Positions 63,274 through 64,000 of a stretch of 64,000 nt of DNA are shown piece after piece. The notes below the pieces were generated by a model. The model was not told the DNA's origin. It worked only from the letters and a program-made list of their open reading frames with translations, and did no database searches. Origin of the DNA: Pyrinomonadaceae bacterium (GTDB lineage: Bacteria > Acidobacteriota > Blastocatellia > Pyrinomonadales > Pyrinomonadaceae); assembly GCA_050998795.1 (NCBI GenBank), contig JBPCPU010000079.1:3257-67256 (forward strand), in the 5' to 3' direction. Position 1 is the first letter of the stretch. Each line of letters starts with the position of its first letter. The translations under genes were made by a program, and so were the position numbers.

Positions 63274-64000
63274 TAAAAGATTTATGAAAAAAGTTTATCT
63301 CGAAACCTTCGGCTGTCAAATGAATGTTTCCGACTCGGAGAGAGTCGCTACCAGGCTCGCTGCGGACGGTTTTGAAATAACGCCGGATGAAGCGGCGGCG
63401 GACGTTGTTTTAATAAATACCTGTTCGGTCAGAGAGAAGGCTGAACACAAACTTTATACGAGAGTCGGTCAGATTCGCAACTCCGATAGAGAGAATAAAA
63501 GAGAAAATAAACAAATTGTCGGAGTTTTGGGCTGTGTTGCTCAACTCGAAGGCGAAACACTGTTTGAAGGCAGAAACGAAATTGATTTTGTTTTGGGAAC
63601 AAAAGCCGTCGGGCGCGTCTCCGAGGCGCTTGAAAAAGTTTTCGGCGGACAAAAAAATTATTTTGATTTAGGCGACCGGGAAGAAAATTACGACTGGTCG
63701 GTGAGCGAGACGCAGAGACATTCGCCGTCTGTCGCGTTTGTTCCGATTATTGAAGGCTGTAATAAATTCTGCACTTATTGTATTGTTCCTTTTTCACGCG
63801 GCAGAGAAAAAAGTTTGTCCGCTTCGGAGATTATCCGACAGGTTTTAAACCTGCGGCGGCAGGGCGTCAAGGAAGTTCATCTAATCGGTCAAAACGTCAA
63901 CAGTTATCGCCCGCAAACCGACAGCGGTCTGGAAGATTTTCATGGCGCAACCGCTTTTTCGAGATTGCTCCGGGCAGTTGCGGCAACGGGCGTCGAACGT
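63274..64000 (+). CDS. miaB: tRNA-2-methylthio-N6-dimethylallyladenosine synthase MiaB (N-terminal part; runs off the right edge)
   Basis: Translated by hand: MKKVYLETFGCQMNVSDSERVATRLAADGFEI...VVLINTCSVREKAEHKL...PIIEGCNKFCTYCIVPFSRG (radical SAM CxxxCxxC). Confidence 0.9.

Overview
This is an AT-rich bacterial chromosomal window. All functions below are assigned from motifs I can read in the translations; no database search was possible. Gene content and the Cys-rich N-terminus of the Ser/Thr kinase suggest an Acidobacteriota-like organism, but that is a low-confidence inference.

Left part (1-23.4 kb): a type II restriction-modification cassette appears to sit inside a truncated asnS. It is followed by a sugar-kinase/nucleotidyltransferase pair and housekeeping genes: MFS transporter, LOG, AIM24, ptsI, RNase P RNA, pilD, a Ser/Thr kinase, tRNA-Cys, tRNA-Gly, nagZ and mutS.

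Centre (23.8-52.0 kb): one large, almost co-directional exopolysaccharide/O-antigen-type locus. It encodes Wza-like and Wzc-like export proteins, a plant-like GDP-mannose 3,5-epimerase, a CapK-like ligase, DUF362, an NDP-sugar dehydrogenase, several glycosyltransferases, Wzx, a Wzy-like polymerase, heptose-nucleotide genes including an HldC-GmhA fusion, gmd, a FucNAc-like module and a WbpL/WecA-type initiating transferase.

Most interesting item (52.26-54.72 kb), directly downstream of that locus: a three-gene module.
- A PqqD-like (RiPP recognition element) protein fused in cis to an internal twin-arginine-like signal and a 36-aa six-cysteine tail with knottin-type C-C-CC-C-C spacing.
- An HPr-kinase-like P-loop kinase.
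- A PF14907-type nucleotidyltransferase.

I propose this is an essentially uncharacterised peptide-modification or surface-signalling system linked to EPS loci.

Right end: tsaB, rimI, ssb, accA, dnaE, miaB.

A family of hairpin elements is superimposed on the whole window. Their arms are tandem 7-nt (sometimes 9-nt) repeats, and the unit sequence differs from locus to locus. One is inserted in frame inside a CDS. One encloses a four-helix-bundle (23S-IVS/Avd-like) gene. Several supply stop codons. A different palindromic element brackets the Wzy-like gene in inverted orientation.
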